Shown here: piece after piece, positions 22,419 through 33,170 of the stretch
How positions within the stretch are numbered: position 1 is the stretch's first letter
How the letters are laid out: each line of letters opens with the position of its first letter
Origin: Trypanosoma brucei
Taxonomy: Eukaryota
Direction: 5' to 3'
Length of the DNA stretch: 64,000 nt
Assembly: GCA_000002445.1 (NCBI GenBank)
Contig: CM000207.1
Span: 800,001-864,000, forward strand
Position numbers and translations under genes: made by a program
The notes under the pieces: generated by a model
Database searches by the model: none
What the model was told of the DNA's origin: nothing
Seen by the model: only the letters and a program-made list of their open reading frames with translations

Positions 22419-25055
22419 ATGTCGAAATCACGCGCGGTGGTGAAGTTTGGTGGCGACCAATCGAAGGAGAGGGTTTCCTTCCGAAATTTCTTTGATGTGC
22501 TGAATCAACGGCACAGCAACGTGTCCGTCTCAGGCCTGGCGGTGACCCTCTTGTTCGAGTTGCTCTCCATATCCATTTATGTGGAGGCATCTTTCTACGC
22601 CCATCCAACGTCGATATACGATTTCAACTGGAAAACCGGCCGGTTCATTACCGTAGCGATCATCAACGCTATATTCTTTTCGGAGTGGATCGTAATGCTC
22701 TGGGTAGAGGAGCAGAAGGTGAGGTATTGCCTTTCTTTGTTGTCAATCGTAAATGCCCTGACGTGCTTGCCAATGGTTATTGTGGGTATTGGTGCAATTG
22801 TCAAGCCCACATGGCAAAGCGTATGGGTGCCCCTGTTTCTCCGCGTGTGGTGGCTGCGCAAATGCATTTTAGTCCTGCTCGACTATCCGCAGGTTGCGAA
22901 GTGGATGATGGACATAAGACGCGATATCTGTCGTTTCTTGATTACCATGCTTGCCGTCCTCTCCACGTGTGTTGGTATACAGCAGTTTGTGGAGACCTTG
23001 GCTGGGAATTACATGGATCCGTTTTCGTCTCTCTACTGCATGGTCACCACTTTTGGGACGATTGGGTACGGTGACGTATCGCCGCAAACGGCACCGGGTC
23101 GGTTCCTTATGATTGGCTTTCTTGTCGTGGCCCTCAGTTATTTCCTGCCCCTGTTCCAGCGGTTGGCACAAATTGGTCGAGACCACCTGAACTATAATGA
23201 ATGTCACTCGTGTTGGGGAAGGAGGCCGCACGTCATATTCTCCGGTATTTTCACGGGGCTTGGGGCAGAAATCATATTGATGAATTTCTACGCCGGTTGG
23301 AGGAAGTACCTTGGTGTTAGAGTGGTACTTCTTTCTCCTGTCGACTTTCCTCCGGAGGTGAGGCTGTTGGCCGACATCCCTTGGCTCAGGAACCGCGTTG
23401 TACTCATGATTGGAGATTCAGCTAAGCAGGTGGATCTCATACGGGCTGACGCCGCGAACGCCGAGGCTATTTTCTTGTTCGGTGACACGGGTTCGGCAGC
23501 TTATCATGCCGATTACCAGGTGATACAACAATCACTTGCCATACGCCAGTTCGATCCCGAACTCCCTCAACATCTGTACCTTCGAAGCGAGCGACATACC
23601 CGACACGTGGCGTCCTATGCTGCCAGTGTAGTGGAGGTTGAGAGACTGTTGCATCACTTGTTGGGGCTCGGTGCTGCGGTCCCCGGGGCTGTACCCTTAA
23701 TAATGAACCTTCTCCGAACGTACGAACCACTCAAAGTGAAGGGTACAGCTTCACGTCCGTGGATAGAGGAATATGAGTGGTCGCTGCAAAATGATATCCA
23801 CTGTTTGGAGATGCAGCAAACGTTCAGAGGTTATAGTTTCCACAGTTTGGCAAGGCTGCTCCTCCAGCACAACGTCACGCCCATAGGCATTATCGATGAA
23901 AACGGCGAGGTGCAACTCAACCCGCATAGGATATCCTCTTCTGCAGTCAAACTTGTTGTAGTTGCCAAAGCCCTTCGGTCCGCCAGGAGTGCACTGGAGG
24001 CTGCGGAGGAAGCGCACTCTCAGACCTCATTTGGAGAACATACGGGTGAGGTGGAGGGAAAAGAACCATGCATCTACGGAATGGACCGCGAGGCGGCTGC
24101 CGGCGCATACTACACCTCCGATTTTCCCGGTCGGGAGGCCAAAAGTGGAGTTGAGGCGCTGCAGCTTGTGGATGATGCCTACGACTTCGAGAATCATTTT
24201 GTGGTTATCGACCTCTCGATGGCAAAAGCGAAGGCACCAGAAACAGAGGGGGCGCGAGAGGGATCCCTCAGCTCAGCTGCCATGGATGTCTTCCATGTGA
24301 TGCGTTCCATCCGGCAGTCGTATCCACAAAACGATATTGTCTTGCTAACGAAAGACACCTCCTTCTCCGCCTACTTTGGGCGCTATTGGAATTCGGTCCC
24401 GGGTGCCATTCCAGTGAAATATATCGATGGCTGCGGATTGAACGCAAACGACCTCAGACGTTGTAACCTCAAGCGCAGCGCAGGTATCATCATTTTTTTT
24501 TCTGGGGACATTGGGGGTGCCTCTACTGGTGGACTCTCCCTTTTGGTCTTTCTTTCGGTTGCGTCCATTCTTCCTTCGTCGCATAACATACCCGTTGTGG
24601 TGGAACTGGACAGCACGCAGTATCTCTCCCTCTTTCCACCATATGCCGACGACCCGTATCTGTGCAGCAGGGCCGAATCTGATTTTGTATTTGAACCCAA
24701 CTATGTTATCGGCAACGCCTTAAGTAGGCATATGTTTTTCCCATCTGTACACCGTACTTATTTTATGGACGAATTCGTTGACATTATTGACATGATGGTT
24801 AGTGGTGTGGATGAAAGGACGCCGTCACTCGGTCGGCTCCCGTTGCTCTTCACCACTGACTCGTTACACATTTATCAGGACGTAGTTGAATACTGCCTCA
24901 AACTCTGTTATCTACCGATTGGTTTGCACCGTTGCATCTCGGACCCGGAAACCCCGTATATCAACGGCCAACGTTTTGTGCTCACAAACCCACCGGGGGA
25001 TTTGATTGTTGATCAGAAATGCGATGCCGTTTTCTACCTTCTACCGGCTAGTTGA
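22419..25055 (+). CDS. potassium channel subunit (6TM pore-loop channel with large C-terminal RCK-like cytoplasmic region)
   Basis: The K+ selectivity filter TTFGTIGYGDVSP sits between two hydrophobic helices, with four further N-terminal TM helices and a ~600-aa soluble C-terminus. The ATG at 22419 is genuine. The protein resembles a trypanosome Ca-activated K channel subunit (TbK2-like), which is a recollection. Confidence 0.85.
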   Translation: MSKSRAVVKFGGDQSKERVSFRNFFDVLNQRHSNVSVSGLAVTLLFELLSISIYVEASFYAHPTSIYDFNWKTGRFITVAIINAIFFSEWIVMLWVEEQKVRYCLSLLSIVNALTCLPMVIVGIGAIVKPTWQSVWVPLFLRVWWLRKCILVLLDYPQVAKWMMDIRRDICRFLITMLAVLSTCVGIQQFVETLAGNYMDPFSSLYCMVTTFGTIGYGDVSPQTAPGRFLMIGFLVVALSYFLPLFQRLAQIGRDHLNYNECHSCWGRRPHVIFSGIFTGLGAEIILMNFYAGWRKYLGVRVVLLSPVDFPPEVRLLADIPWLRNRVVLMIGDSAKQVDLIRADAANAEAIFLFGDTGSAAYHADYQVIQQSLAIRQFDPELPQHLYLRSERHTRHVASYAASVVEVERLLHHLLGLGAAVPGAVPLIMNLLRTYEPLKVKGTASRPWIEEYEWSLQNDIHCLEMQQTFRGYSFHSLARLLLQHNVTPIGIIDENGEVQLNPHRISSSAVKLVVVAKALRSARSALEAAEEAHSQTSFGEHTGEVEGKEPCIYGMDREAAAGAYYTSDFPGREAKSGVEALQLVDDAYDFENHFVVIDLSMAKAKAPETEGAREGSLSSAAMDVFHVMRSIRQSYPQNDIVLLTKDTSFSAYFGRYWNSVPGAIPVKYIDGCGLNANDLRRCNLKRSAGIIIFFSGDIGGASTGGLSLLVFLSVASILPSSHNIPVVVELDSTQYLSLFPPYADDPYLCSRAESDFVFEPNYVIGNALSRHMFFPSVHRTYFMDEFVDIIDMMVSGVDERTPSLGRLPLLFTTDSLHIYQDVVEYCLKLCYLPIGLHRCISDPETPYINGQRFVLTNPPGDLIVDQKCDAVFYLLPAS

Positions 25056-27894
25056 TGCTGCCATGATGTTGTCTTCTTTTTTTTTTCCTTCTGGCTGACA
25101 CCGACGATGTGCAAGTGGGCACTTTGACGGTTGTGGTCGCTCGACTCGCCCTTGTGCGCCGCACACTAAAGATAACAATAATAACAATAACGTTAAAAAT
25201 AAATCCTAGGAAGCTTTACCACATCTATCACCACCACCACCCTCCCCGGTGGGCCTTTTTTCCCCCTTTTCTGGTGCCCCTCCCCCCCCCCCCTCCACAC
25301 ACACACACACACACACACATTAGGTCTTTTGAAAATAAGGGAACGGCATGTGCGGTTTTGACCCCTTTGGAGCAGCGGTGAATGGAGCAAACGAGCAACC
25401 CCACGCCATGCGGAGCAACAAAGAGAGACGTATCGCCTACACATGAAGCGGCTAGCGGGGATGAGGGTTGGAAAACGAATCGGGAGGAAACGGCCTTTTT
25501 GCCGGCGAAATAAAAATGGTGTCGGCGAGCGAGTAGGTACGGCAACGCGGGCCTTCAAGGCGGACACTTTCTTGATGAAGCGGATCGGCAACTTCCTTTC
25601 GGGGATGTAAGGCGTAACGCGGTTGTGCGAAACCCCGCGGGGGCCAATGTCAAGCACCATTTTTTTTTTTTTTTTTGCAACGACGGTAAACGGGTAGAGA
25701 AAGAAAAATAGTAACAGACAGGGCCTCAAGCACTATTTTCCCCCCTTTTACATATGGCAAGTCTATTTATATATGATGGGGGCCACAACGTAACCGTGAC
25801 AACGGGGAAGAAATCATCGTGAAGCTGAGCACCCCACTGCAACGGGTGCCGGATCGTGCAACGAAGTGGTTAAAGAGACATTTTATGGAAATCTGAACAA
25901 AAAAGGTGGAGCGCCACATTGTTGTTTAGTGATTGCATTTCGGGCCCGCTGCACCCAGCTGCTGCTGGAAGGGAAATGGGTTCGGGCCACGGCCCAAGCA
26001 CCGCGCAGACGCTCATTGTTTGGATGGAAAGGACGTTTTCATGAAGGAAATAGGGGTTAGGCACTGGAATTTGAGAGAGGTTGTAGGAGAAAGAGAGAAC
26101 TGGTTGGGTGAAAGCGGTTATAAGACGGGGAGAGGCGGTATACTTATTGAGACGTGCGGATGTTGAAGGGGGAAAAAAAGAAGGGGATATGCTTCAGGAA
26201 ATCTATGTGGTTTACGCGTCAATCTCTACACGAACGTGTGGGAGATGACGGGGGTCCGTATGGCTAGACGCCACAGAAAGGGGGACCGGACCCTCACAGA
26301 AACCGAAATCCAGTAGTCAAAAGCGCTGCGACATCTGAGCGGCAGTAGTTAGAGGGAACCGCGTCGCACAATAGCACCGGCTCGCACCGCATTTGAATCC
26401 ACAGCTCCCCCCTCCACTCCCTCCCCATGCTTTCCAGGAACCGTGGGTACGTGGTAATTCCCGAAAAATAATCGGTCAACCGCCCCATATTATGAAGTAG
26501 GCCCAGCTAAGGCATGGGGAATCCCCATGCACGCACAGAGGCGAAGGTTTTTTTCCTTTTTTATGAAGCATATTAGGTCAAACTCTCCACCGTCGCTTGC
26601 CGCCTGCGCCATGACGCTTTAACAGTGTGCAGTAGCAGGTGACGGCAAAAATGCGAACCTCGCACCTATACCAAAGTTCCAGAAGACGATTAAAAAAAGA
26701 AAAACAATATGTGAAATCCTTTTCCCGGATCAACACCCCAAACAGGGACCATCCGCCTACATCAGCAAAAGAATAAGTAATCCCTCTCTCTTTTTGGAAA
26801 TGCGCCTTCCCCGAGTGTCGACACCTGTGGTGTTGCCGTGTCACTTGGAGGGGGTTTCAAGTACAGACTGGGTTCGATACGTCGCGGATCGCAATGGAAT
26901 AATAGATGTTGTTCCCCTTAGTGTTTTGTGAGATGCAATGCGACCCGCAACCCAATAGCGGCATAAGCAATGGAATCAAAACAAATAAAACAAATGCCAA
27001 TACTAACAAAGACTCTTCTTTCCACGATGTTTCCACGGAGTGGTAAAGGAGGCTCTCCTCCGCGTGCCGATGGACGATGGAATGGGCGGACAAAGGGTGT
27101 AACAAGTAATAGCCCCAGTATGTCTAACCAACGCCCTGAACCGTCAGAGGCCCACACTTCGTCAACCTGTTCCCCAGCCTTTCTTCAGGCGCCTGCCGTG
27201 TTCGTACTTGAAATGGCGGGCTTTCGGTGTACTTCTCCTGAGGTCAAATTCACGGCCCATTCCACGGGAATATCGGAAAGGAAAGAGAGGCTTCAGTGTC
27301 CTAACCTCCGCCAAAAAACCGCCAACTACGTGCGGTAAAATCGACGCGGCGGGGGTATCACGGTATCCAGTGATTACGGATCGTCGCGTCATCCATCCAG
27401 AGAGAACCATCCCAAACAGGTTGCCGACCGCAGCTGCCCTTTATTTCCTTCGTCTGCTGCTGGCAGTAGTGCGCAATGAAATCGAGCTCAAGAAGCCAAC
27501 GCGTACCCTAAGAAGAAGGGTGAGGTGCCTTAGCGGTTTCCATCCTTCAGGGGCCGCACAAATACGCAGCCTCTTGGCGGAGCTGTTGAACGAAGCAGCG
27601 GAGGGCGGTGCCCGAAATAGACAAATTGGGACACCCGGTGTGTGCAGCCCAATAAGTGCGTTTATCGGTCGCATAGCGGGTACCTCAGCTACGACTAACT
27701 CCGCATACAAGATCTTTTCCGCGTCTGTGTATAAGAAAGAAAAGAAAGAAAAACCGCATCAAGGGCCAACGGAGGGGAAACACACACATCCATCCGAAGA
27801 GACGGTGAACAACAACGGTGGATCACATATTTTCCCTATGTGACAAGTGGTGCACTCAGCGCTCCTAACCGAAAAAGCATCAGAAGAATAGCTA
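25056..27894. other. convergent strand-switch region (predicted pol II termination zone) between the K-channel gene (+) and the LRR gene (-)
   Basis: Both flanking genes point into the interval. There is no long ORF here, only spurious low-complexity ORFs across C-run/(CA)n/T-run tracts. I scanned for a tRNA B-box and found none. Confidence 0.6.
25277..25319 (+). repeat. composite microsatellite C-run(CA)12
   Basis: cccctccccccccccccctccacacacacacacacacacacatt, lying in the convergent strand-switch region. Confidence 0.9.
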
Positions 27895-29367
27895 TCATCG
27901 AAGCAGATTCACTCCCCTCGCCTGGAGCTCCGATAAGACTTCACTGTCAATTTTGACACCCCTCAAGTTCACGGAACGCAACCGTGGCAAAGTCGTAAGC
28001 GCTTCCACACCCTTTTCCACTGACAGGCAAGAGTTGAGGCTAATTTCCTCCAAGGTCTTCACTGCAGCGAGGCAAGATACATCGGTAATGTCCATGCACG
28101 TATCGAGGCAAAGCACCACCAAACTGCGGCTTGCGCTCAAATCCCGCAGAGAGTCGTCTGTGATGGGCAAACACGTTCCATCTAGTCTACGGAGTTCAGG
28201 AAGCTGAGAAATATTGCCAATACCCTGTTTCACCTCTGTGCACGCGTCAAGATTTAACTCCCCTAGCGTTTTGAGGCTTACGAGTGCTGATAAATCCGTT
28301 AGATTATCGCAGGAAGAAATATCAAGTCTTACAAGACTCCGACTTGAGCACAAGTCTCGCAGAGCACAATCGGTAATGGGTGTGCAGCTCAAATCAAGTT
28401 CGTAGAGTCCTGGCAACTTACCCAGGTCACCAATACCTGCCACCACAGCCTCGCACGACTGGAGATTAAGGTACTTCAAGGTCTTCAGCTCCGCGAGGGG
28501 CGAGACGTCAGTTAGCTGGTCGCACCAGGAAAGGTTAAGTTTTACCAAACTCCGGCTTGAAGAAAGACCCTGCAAAAAAACGTCCACAATGGAGGAATAA
28601 CTTAGATCAAGTTCATATAGCGCTGGCAAACCACCCAGCTTCCCAACACCTTCCTCCAGAGATGTGCATGACTCAAGAGTAAGCTGTCTCAGAACCTGAA
28701 CATCAGCGATGTGCAGCACATCCGTTAGACAACCACACGAAACTATACAGAGATTCAAAAGACTGGTGGTGGCGCCTAGGCCACGAAGAGAGTTGCCCCT
28801 CATCGACGTGCCTATCAAATACAGCTCGCGAAGTGCCGGCAACTTTCCAAGACTACCGATACCCGTCTCAATACCCACACACTTACATATTGCCAGATGC
28901 TCCAATGCTGTCATCTCAGCAAGAGGTGAAACATCCTTCAAATAGGGACACGAATCAAGGCAGAGTTTTACGAGGTTGCACCCAGCGGTTAGGGTCTGCA
29001 AGCATCCTCCCCTAATTGGGGCCTCAGCAACTTCCAGTGCTTTCAGTTGGGGAAGATTTTTAATGCCAACGAAGTTTTCCAGCTTCGGTGCTTCTTCAAT
29101 AGACAACTCGCCTAGCGACCTCAGTTCGGGAATAGGGCTTAAGTCAGCGAAAGGGTATTCGCCCTCGAAGCGCAGTGTCTGAATGGAAGTGCACAAGCGG
29201 AGAGAACGCAAAGATTCCCTTTCAACTTTTTCCGTGAGGATGAGGTGATGGCAGCTACGCAGCTCATCACTCCCAGTGGCTCGTAGACTGCCAACACGCA
29301 ACCGGTTCGTTTCTCCACAACAAGGGCGAACATCTCCCCCAACACTCGCATCACTTCCTTCAAGCAT
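27895..29367 (-). CDS. leucine-rich repeat protein (ESAG8-like LRR domain, no RING finger), 490 aa
   Basis: It is the only long minus-strand ORF in the window. It has about 18 tandem ~23-aa repeats of the form LxxLxLxxCxxLTDVSPLAxLKxLxxLNL, which are cysteine-containing LRRs typical of the trypanosome LRRP/ESAG8 family. The ATG is at 29367-29365 on the minus strand, and a pyrimidine tract plus AG lies about 300 bp upstream on that strand. Confidence 0.8.
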   Translation of the reverse strand: MLEGSDASVGGDVRPCCGETNRLRVGSLRATGSDELRSCHHLILTEKVERESLRSLRLCTSIQTLRFEGEYPFADLSPIPELRSLGELSIEEAPKLENFVGIKNLPQLKALEVAEAPIRGGCLQTLTAGCNLVKLCLDSCPYLKDVSPLAEMTALEHLAICKCVGIETGIGSLGKLPALRELYLIGTSMRGNSLRGLGATTSLLNLCIVSCGCLTDVLHIADVQVLRQLTLESCTSLEEGVGKLGGLPALYELDLSYSSIVDVFLQGLSSSRSLVKLNLSWCDQLTDVSPLAELKTLKYLNLQSCEAVVAGIGDLGKLPGLYELDLSCTPITDCALRDLCSSRSLVRLDISSCDNLTDLSALVSLKTLGELNLDACTEVKQGIGNISQLPELRRLDGTCLPITDDSLRDLSASRSLVVLCLDTCMDITDVSCLAAVKTLEEISLNSCLSVEKGVEALTTLPRLRSVNLRGVKIDSEVLSELQARGVNLLR

Positions 29368-32300
29368 TGCAGACTCCCTACCACTGATGTAGACAACTTT
29401 ACTAGAGATAACTACGGAACAGATACAAGTTACGAACCTTTGGTGCCTCCTCCTCCGCTGTCGCGGTGTCTACTGAAGCAACAAGCTTCCTCTAAGGGTG
29501 GTAACGACCTCCCCAATAAATTTGCGATTAATCAGAAGTAGTCTTCCAACGTGCGCAGGTGAAAATGCATAGATACATAAATAAATACCAGGATCATTAT
29601 TATTATTTTTTTAAATGAAAGAAGGTGGCAACCAAAAGGGAAAGCGCGCTTTTGAACTCATTCATCCGACGTGACGGAAAAAGTTTTCGCACCACGTGCA
29701 AGGTTTCAACAAACACCGGTATACACCAACGCTCTTCCGGAGAAAATGTTGCTGGAGGCTGACGAAAAAGGCCCCCAAATAATGAAGATCACGGTTCATA
29801 AGCCGCACAAACTAACTGACAGGACAATGAAAATGCTCCCAAAGTATTTGTGAAAGTAAGGCAATCCCCACGCGCTACAGCAACTGTCCTCCGCACATTT
29901 CACTCGGTGTTTCACCGAAACGAGGACGACACACACATACACACACACACACGTCTACCCAGCCACTAAAAGCACATCAATCCTCAAAGGAGGAAAAAAA
30001 AAAACGGACAGAAGCTTGGCTGTAGTGTTTCGTTTAGCCCCTCATGTCAAAACAAAAGCTCTTTAAATACTTTAGTTACCTTTCCACTGGAATAACAGAG
30101 TTCCTTCTTCCACACTCAAATACACCAACGAGCTCCTTCACGCACCCTCGGGGTTACCGCGGCTCACCTCTTCTGCATTATGTTCGGCTCATATTGATCA
30201 TTCATTTAACCGGTCATACAATTTAAAATTTTCCCACAACGTAAATTAATCGAAAAAAAAATGAATACACACGAAAATACCAAACGCTCAACCAATAAAA
30301 GCTTGGAACCACCTGTACCACCAAGTCATGGGATACACGTGTCAGGAAAAAAATAATTCGGTAGGTGCAGATTGTACGTATGGATGCAACCAACAAACCA
30401 ACACACTGCAACCGCAACTGCCCGTGGGCCAGTATGAAAGCAACGGTATTTTGAACAGCCCTGCTTTCGTATTAATCAAATCTAAGTGAAGAGAACAACA
30501 ACAAAATATAAACGTGAATATACATTTCCACGAAGGGGTGCGTGCCCTTCCTGGCAGCGCCTGGGGTAAACCAGATATAACGTACTGAGTCGTCGATCAA
30601 AAGATTCCCAGGCGGCTGAATGTAGGCGGTGACAATGCTACAGCATACGCTAACCAGACCCCAGCTTTCTGTAGTGCCAACTGCAGTGCGTTGGGACATC
30701 TTCAATCCTCCTGTTACATGAAAAATGAAGGCAAGCTCGTTAAAACGTTGTTAATTACAACGAAAGGTGATGCCATAAAATACACACGAAACAAAAATGC
30801 ATTGATTTCAATACAATCGGCGCTGATAAAATTAGAAAACCTTAAGCTGCAACCGCACTACACTTCTTCATGGAAGCATAACGACGCACGCAAACGCATC
30901 CGATGATGCCCATTGGCGGTTTTCTCGACTGGGTAAAATCAGATGTGAACAATCGTTGCTACAATACTAGTGCCTTTTTACTTTCCATCTTACTCGTGCG
31001 CCAAGTTCATCACCAGGGCGGCAACAACGCTTCAAAAACCCACACATAGCGACCATATCGCAGTGATATATACTAAATTAATGTGGATACTCAAGGCTCA
31101 ACAAAGCGCAGGAAAGATACTGTGCGTTAACATTATTTTTTCTCACACACAAACAGATTTAACACTCTACATGGATACCCGGTCACGGAATAGAAGCTCT
31201 GCTATGTAGAACGACCCTCTACCCCAAGAAGTCTGGTGGTCCTGTTGAGGCATCACCGTCAACGAGGACGTACCTGCTAGGGCTGGGTAAAACTTCCGTA
31301 AGGCTCCAAACATGGCATTTACATATGAATGCACAGCAATGCATGCACAATATGTATGAGCCAAGGAAAAAACAACACGAAATAAAAGCGCCTGCTCAAC
31401 CTCACAACTGCAAGGGCTTAAATCACTCTTCTGGGGCAACGAACTTAACTGAACAACCCAACAAGTTGGTATTCAATTACCCAAAACGGGGGTCCGCCAA
31501 TGACTCAGAAGGAAAGGGATACGATGGTACGGAGCTGCTGTACGTTACATGGTTTCATTCTGGCACAGACCATGCAGATACCCTTAAGCACTTAGGAAAA
31601 AAAGATGTTTTTCATGTATCGTATCGGTATAGCACTTTAAAACGACGCACAAGTAATACGCCTTCATCAAGTCGGTCCACGCAGCTTAAAAGCCCAAGGG
31701 CTGAGTAGACGTAGCGCGCGCTAACTTCAACTTTAGTCCTCGTATACGGACGTGGGCGTCACTAAACGCAAGCACCCCCAACTTTCCCCTTTACACAAGA
31801 GATGTGGCACGACCACAGCGACACCCCCCAGTTATCTCCCCCTTTTTTCTTTGAATGGAGGTCCAAAAAGGCAACCCCCCGACTTCCTGCCCCATTTTCC
31901 CGTTCTGCAGAAGGCAGCAAGGATGAAGTGAAACATCAGGGAAGAACGCTCAGCCCCAGACTCTATCAGAAAACGAAACGGAAAGCCGCCCAACGACGAC
32001 GGTTAACACTTTCGTGCATAACACCTCCGCGCGTTCTTAAACGTACAAGCCAGCAAGTTAACCCCCCCCCCCCTCACAAGTAAAATTTTCTACGGCGTCA
32101 CTGCAGAGGAGACTCGGGGCTGCGCACATACAGGAAGAGAAGGTCTAAAAGCGACCCGGGTCATTTTGCTGGGCTCGCACTCCGTGCGGCAGTGCCAAAA
32201 AAGAGTCCCATTTCACCCCTGCACTGCACTCCCCCCTGGTTATGTGTCTCAAGCTGCGGACCGACAGCACACAGGGAAAAAAATGGGTGCAGTAAGTTCC

Positions 32301-32855
32301 CGGTGGGTGGTATGCATCCCTCTCGCATCCGCCGTGTGTAATGAGAGCCGCCGCATGGCGGAGGAAAACCGGTGCCATGGAGTTCCGAGGGATTAGTCGT
32401 TCCCTCCATTCACACGAAAGGTGTGGCAAAACGGGGGAGGGGTGACTGGCCTCTCGCCACAGTCCATCTAAGCCTGCCTGTACGGCAGCTGCAGTACTTC
32501 CTTCCACGGTATTGGCGGAGGCTTCAGCGAATAATTTTTCCTCAAACCGTCTCTTACCCGCGGCGAAAGAGGGGCGAGTGAGTGGACTCTTATGCCCCTC
32601 TTGTCAGGCTTCGAACGGTCTTGTCCCGATTGCCGGGTAAGGCCTAGCAGGAGTGTGAGAGCGGCCCTTCAAGGTGGCTCTGCAGGTGAACAAAGCCACT
32701 GGACTTGGACAGGCAGTGGTTCTTTCATGATCCCGTCATCACAGCCGCGGTCCGGTACGCCGCGGAGTGGCGTTTGTGTTCCAAGGGAGACTTGCCGAGC
32801 CGTTCACCTTCTGTGCGGGATGAGGCCGAACCTATTTCGTTCGGGAGCTCACCTC

Positions 32856-33170
32856 GGTGGTGACTGTGGTTTTGGTGGGTGCCTTGCTCCGCTGTGTTGA
32901 AATTTGTCGAGGTGCGTGCTATTTTTTCCTTTTCTTTTTTTTTTTTGGTATCGAGTGTGACTTTCTGGGGGTAATGTGGTTGTTATTTCGCTGGAAGTGT
33001 GCGCTCCCTGAGGTGCACACATCTGGGCGGTGCGTGCCCCTCTGGGGTTCTGCGGCGTTGGGTAGCGTGCCCCTTGGTGTTATTGTTCTTTCTAGCGAGA
33101 CTGCCGGTCGAGAAGTGTGTGTGTGGAGACACGCTGCTACGTGGGGTCGTCCTCCTGGTGTGTGTGTGTT
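32856..33170 (+). promoter_or_regulatory. GT-rich element in divergent strand-switch region (candidate RNA pol II initiation/H2A.Z-deposition element for the downstream plus-strand polycistron)
   Basis: Over about 315 bp the plus strand is almost entirely G+T (ggtggtgactgtggttttggtgggt ... gggggtaatgtggttgttatttcgc ... gaagtgtgtgtgtggagac ... cctggtgtgtgtgtgttgc). It lies about 3.8 kb upstream of the first plus-strand gene (36962) and about 3.5 kb from the minus-strand LRR gene ATG. GT-rich elements are described at T. brucei pol II transcription start regions. Confidence 0.45.

Noticed and set aside
25193-25729. 178-aa minus-strand ORF spanning the C-run/(CA)n and T17 tracts
   Set aside because: Its translation is dominated by homopolymer-derived residues (FFFLYPF..., KKKKK, GGGG). 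It is an artefact of the microsatellites.
26855-26875. gggttcgatacg, a weak resemblance to a tRNA T-arm/B-box
   Set aside because: It lacks the conserved GGTTCGANTCC spacing, the matching A-box (TRGCNNAGTGG) 30-40 nt upstream and the acceptor-stem complementarity. No other B-box-like motif was found on either strand.
27208-27843. 211-aa plus-strand ORF in the convergent strand-switch region
   Set aside because: It lies in the predicted termination zone. It has a low-complexity Arg/Ala-rich translation, no upstream polypyrimidine-AG signal and no recognisable domain. It is probably a chance ORF in GC-rich sequence.
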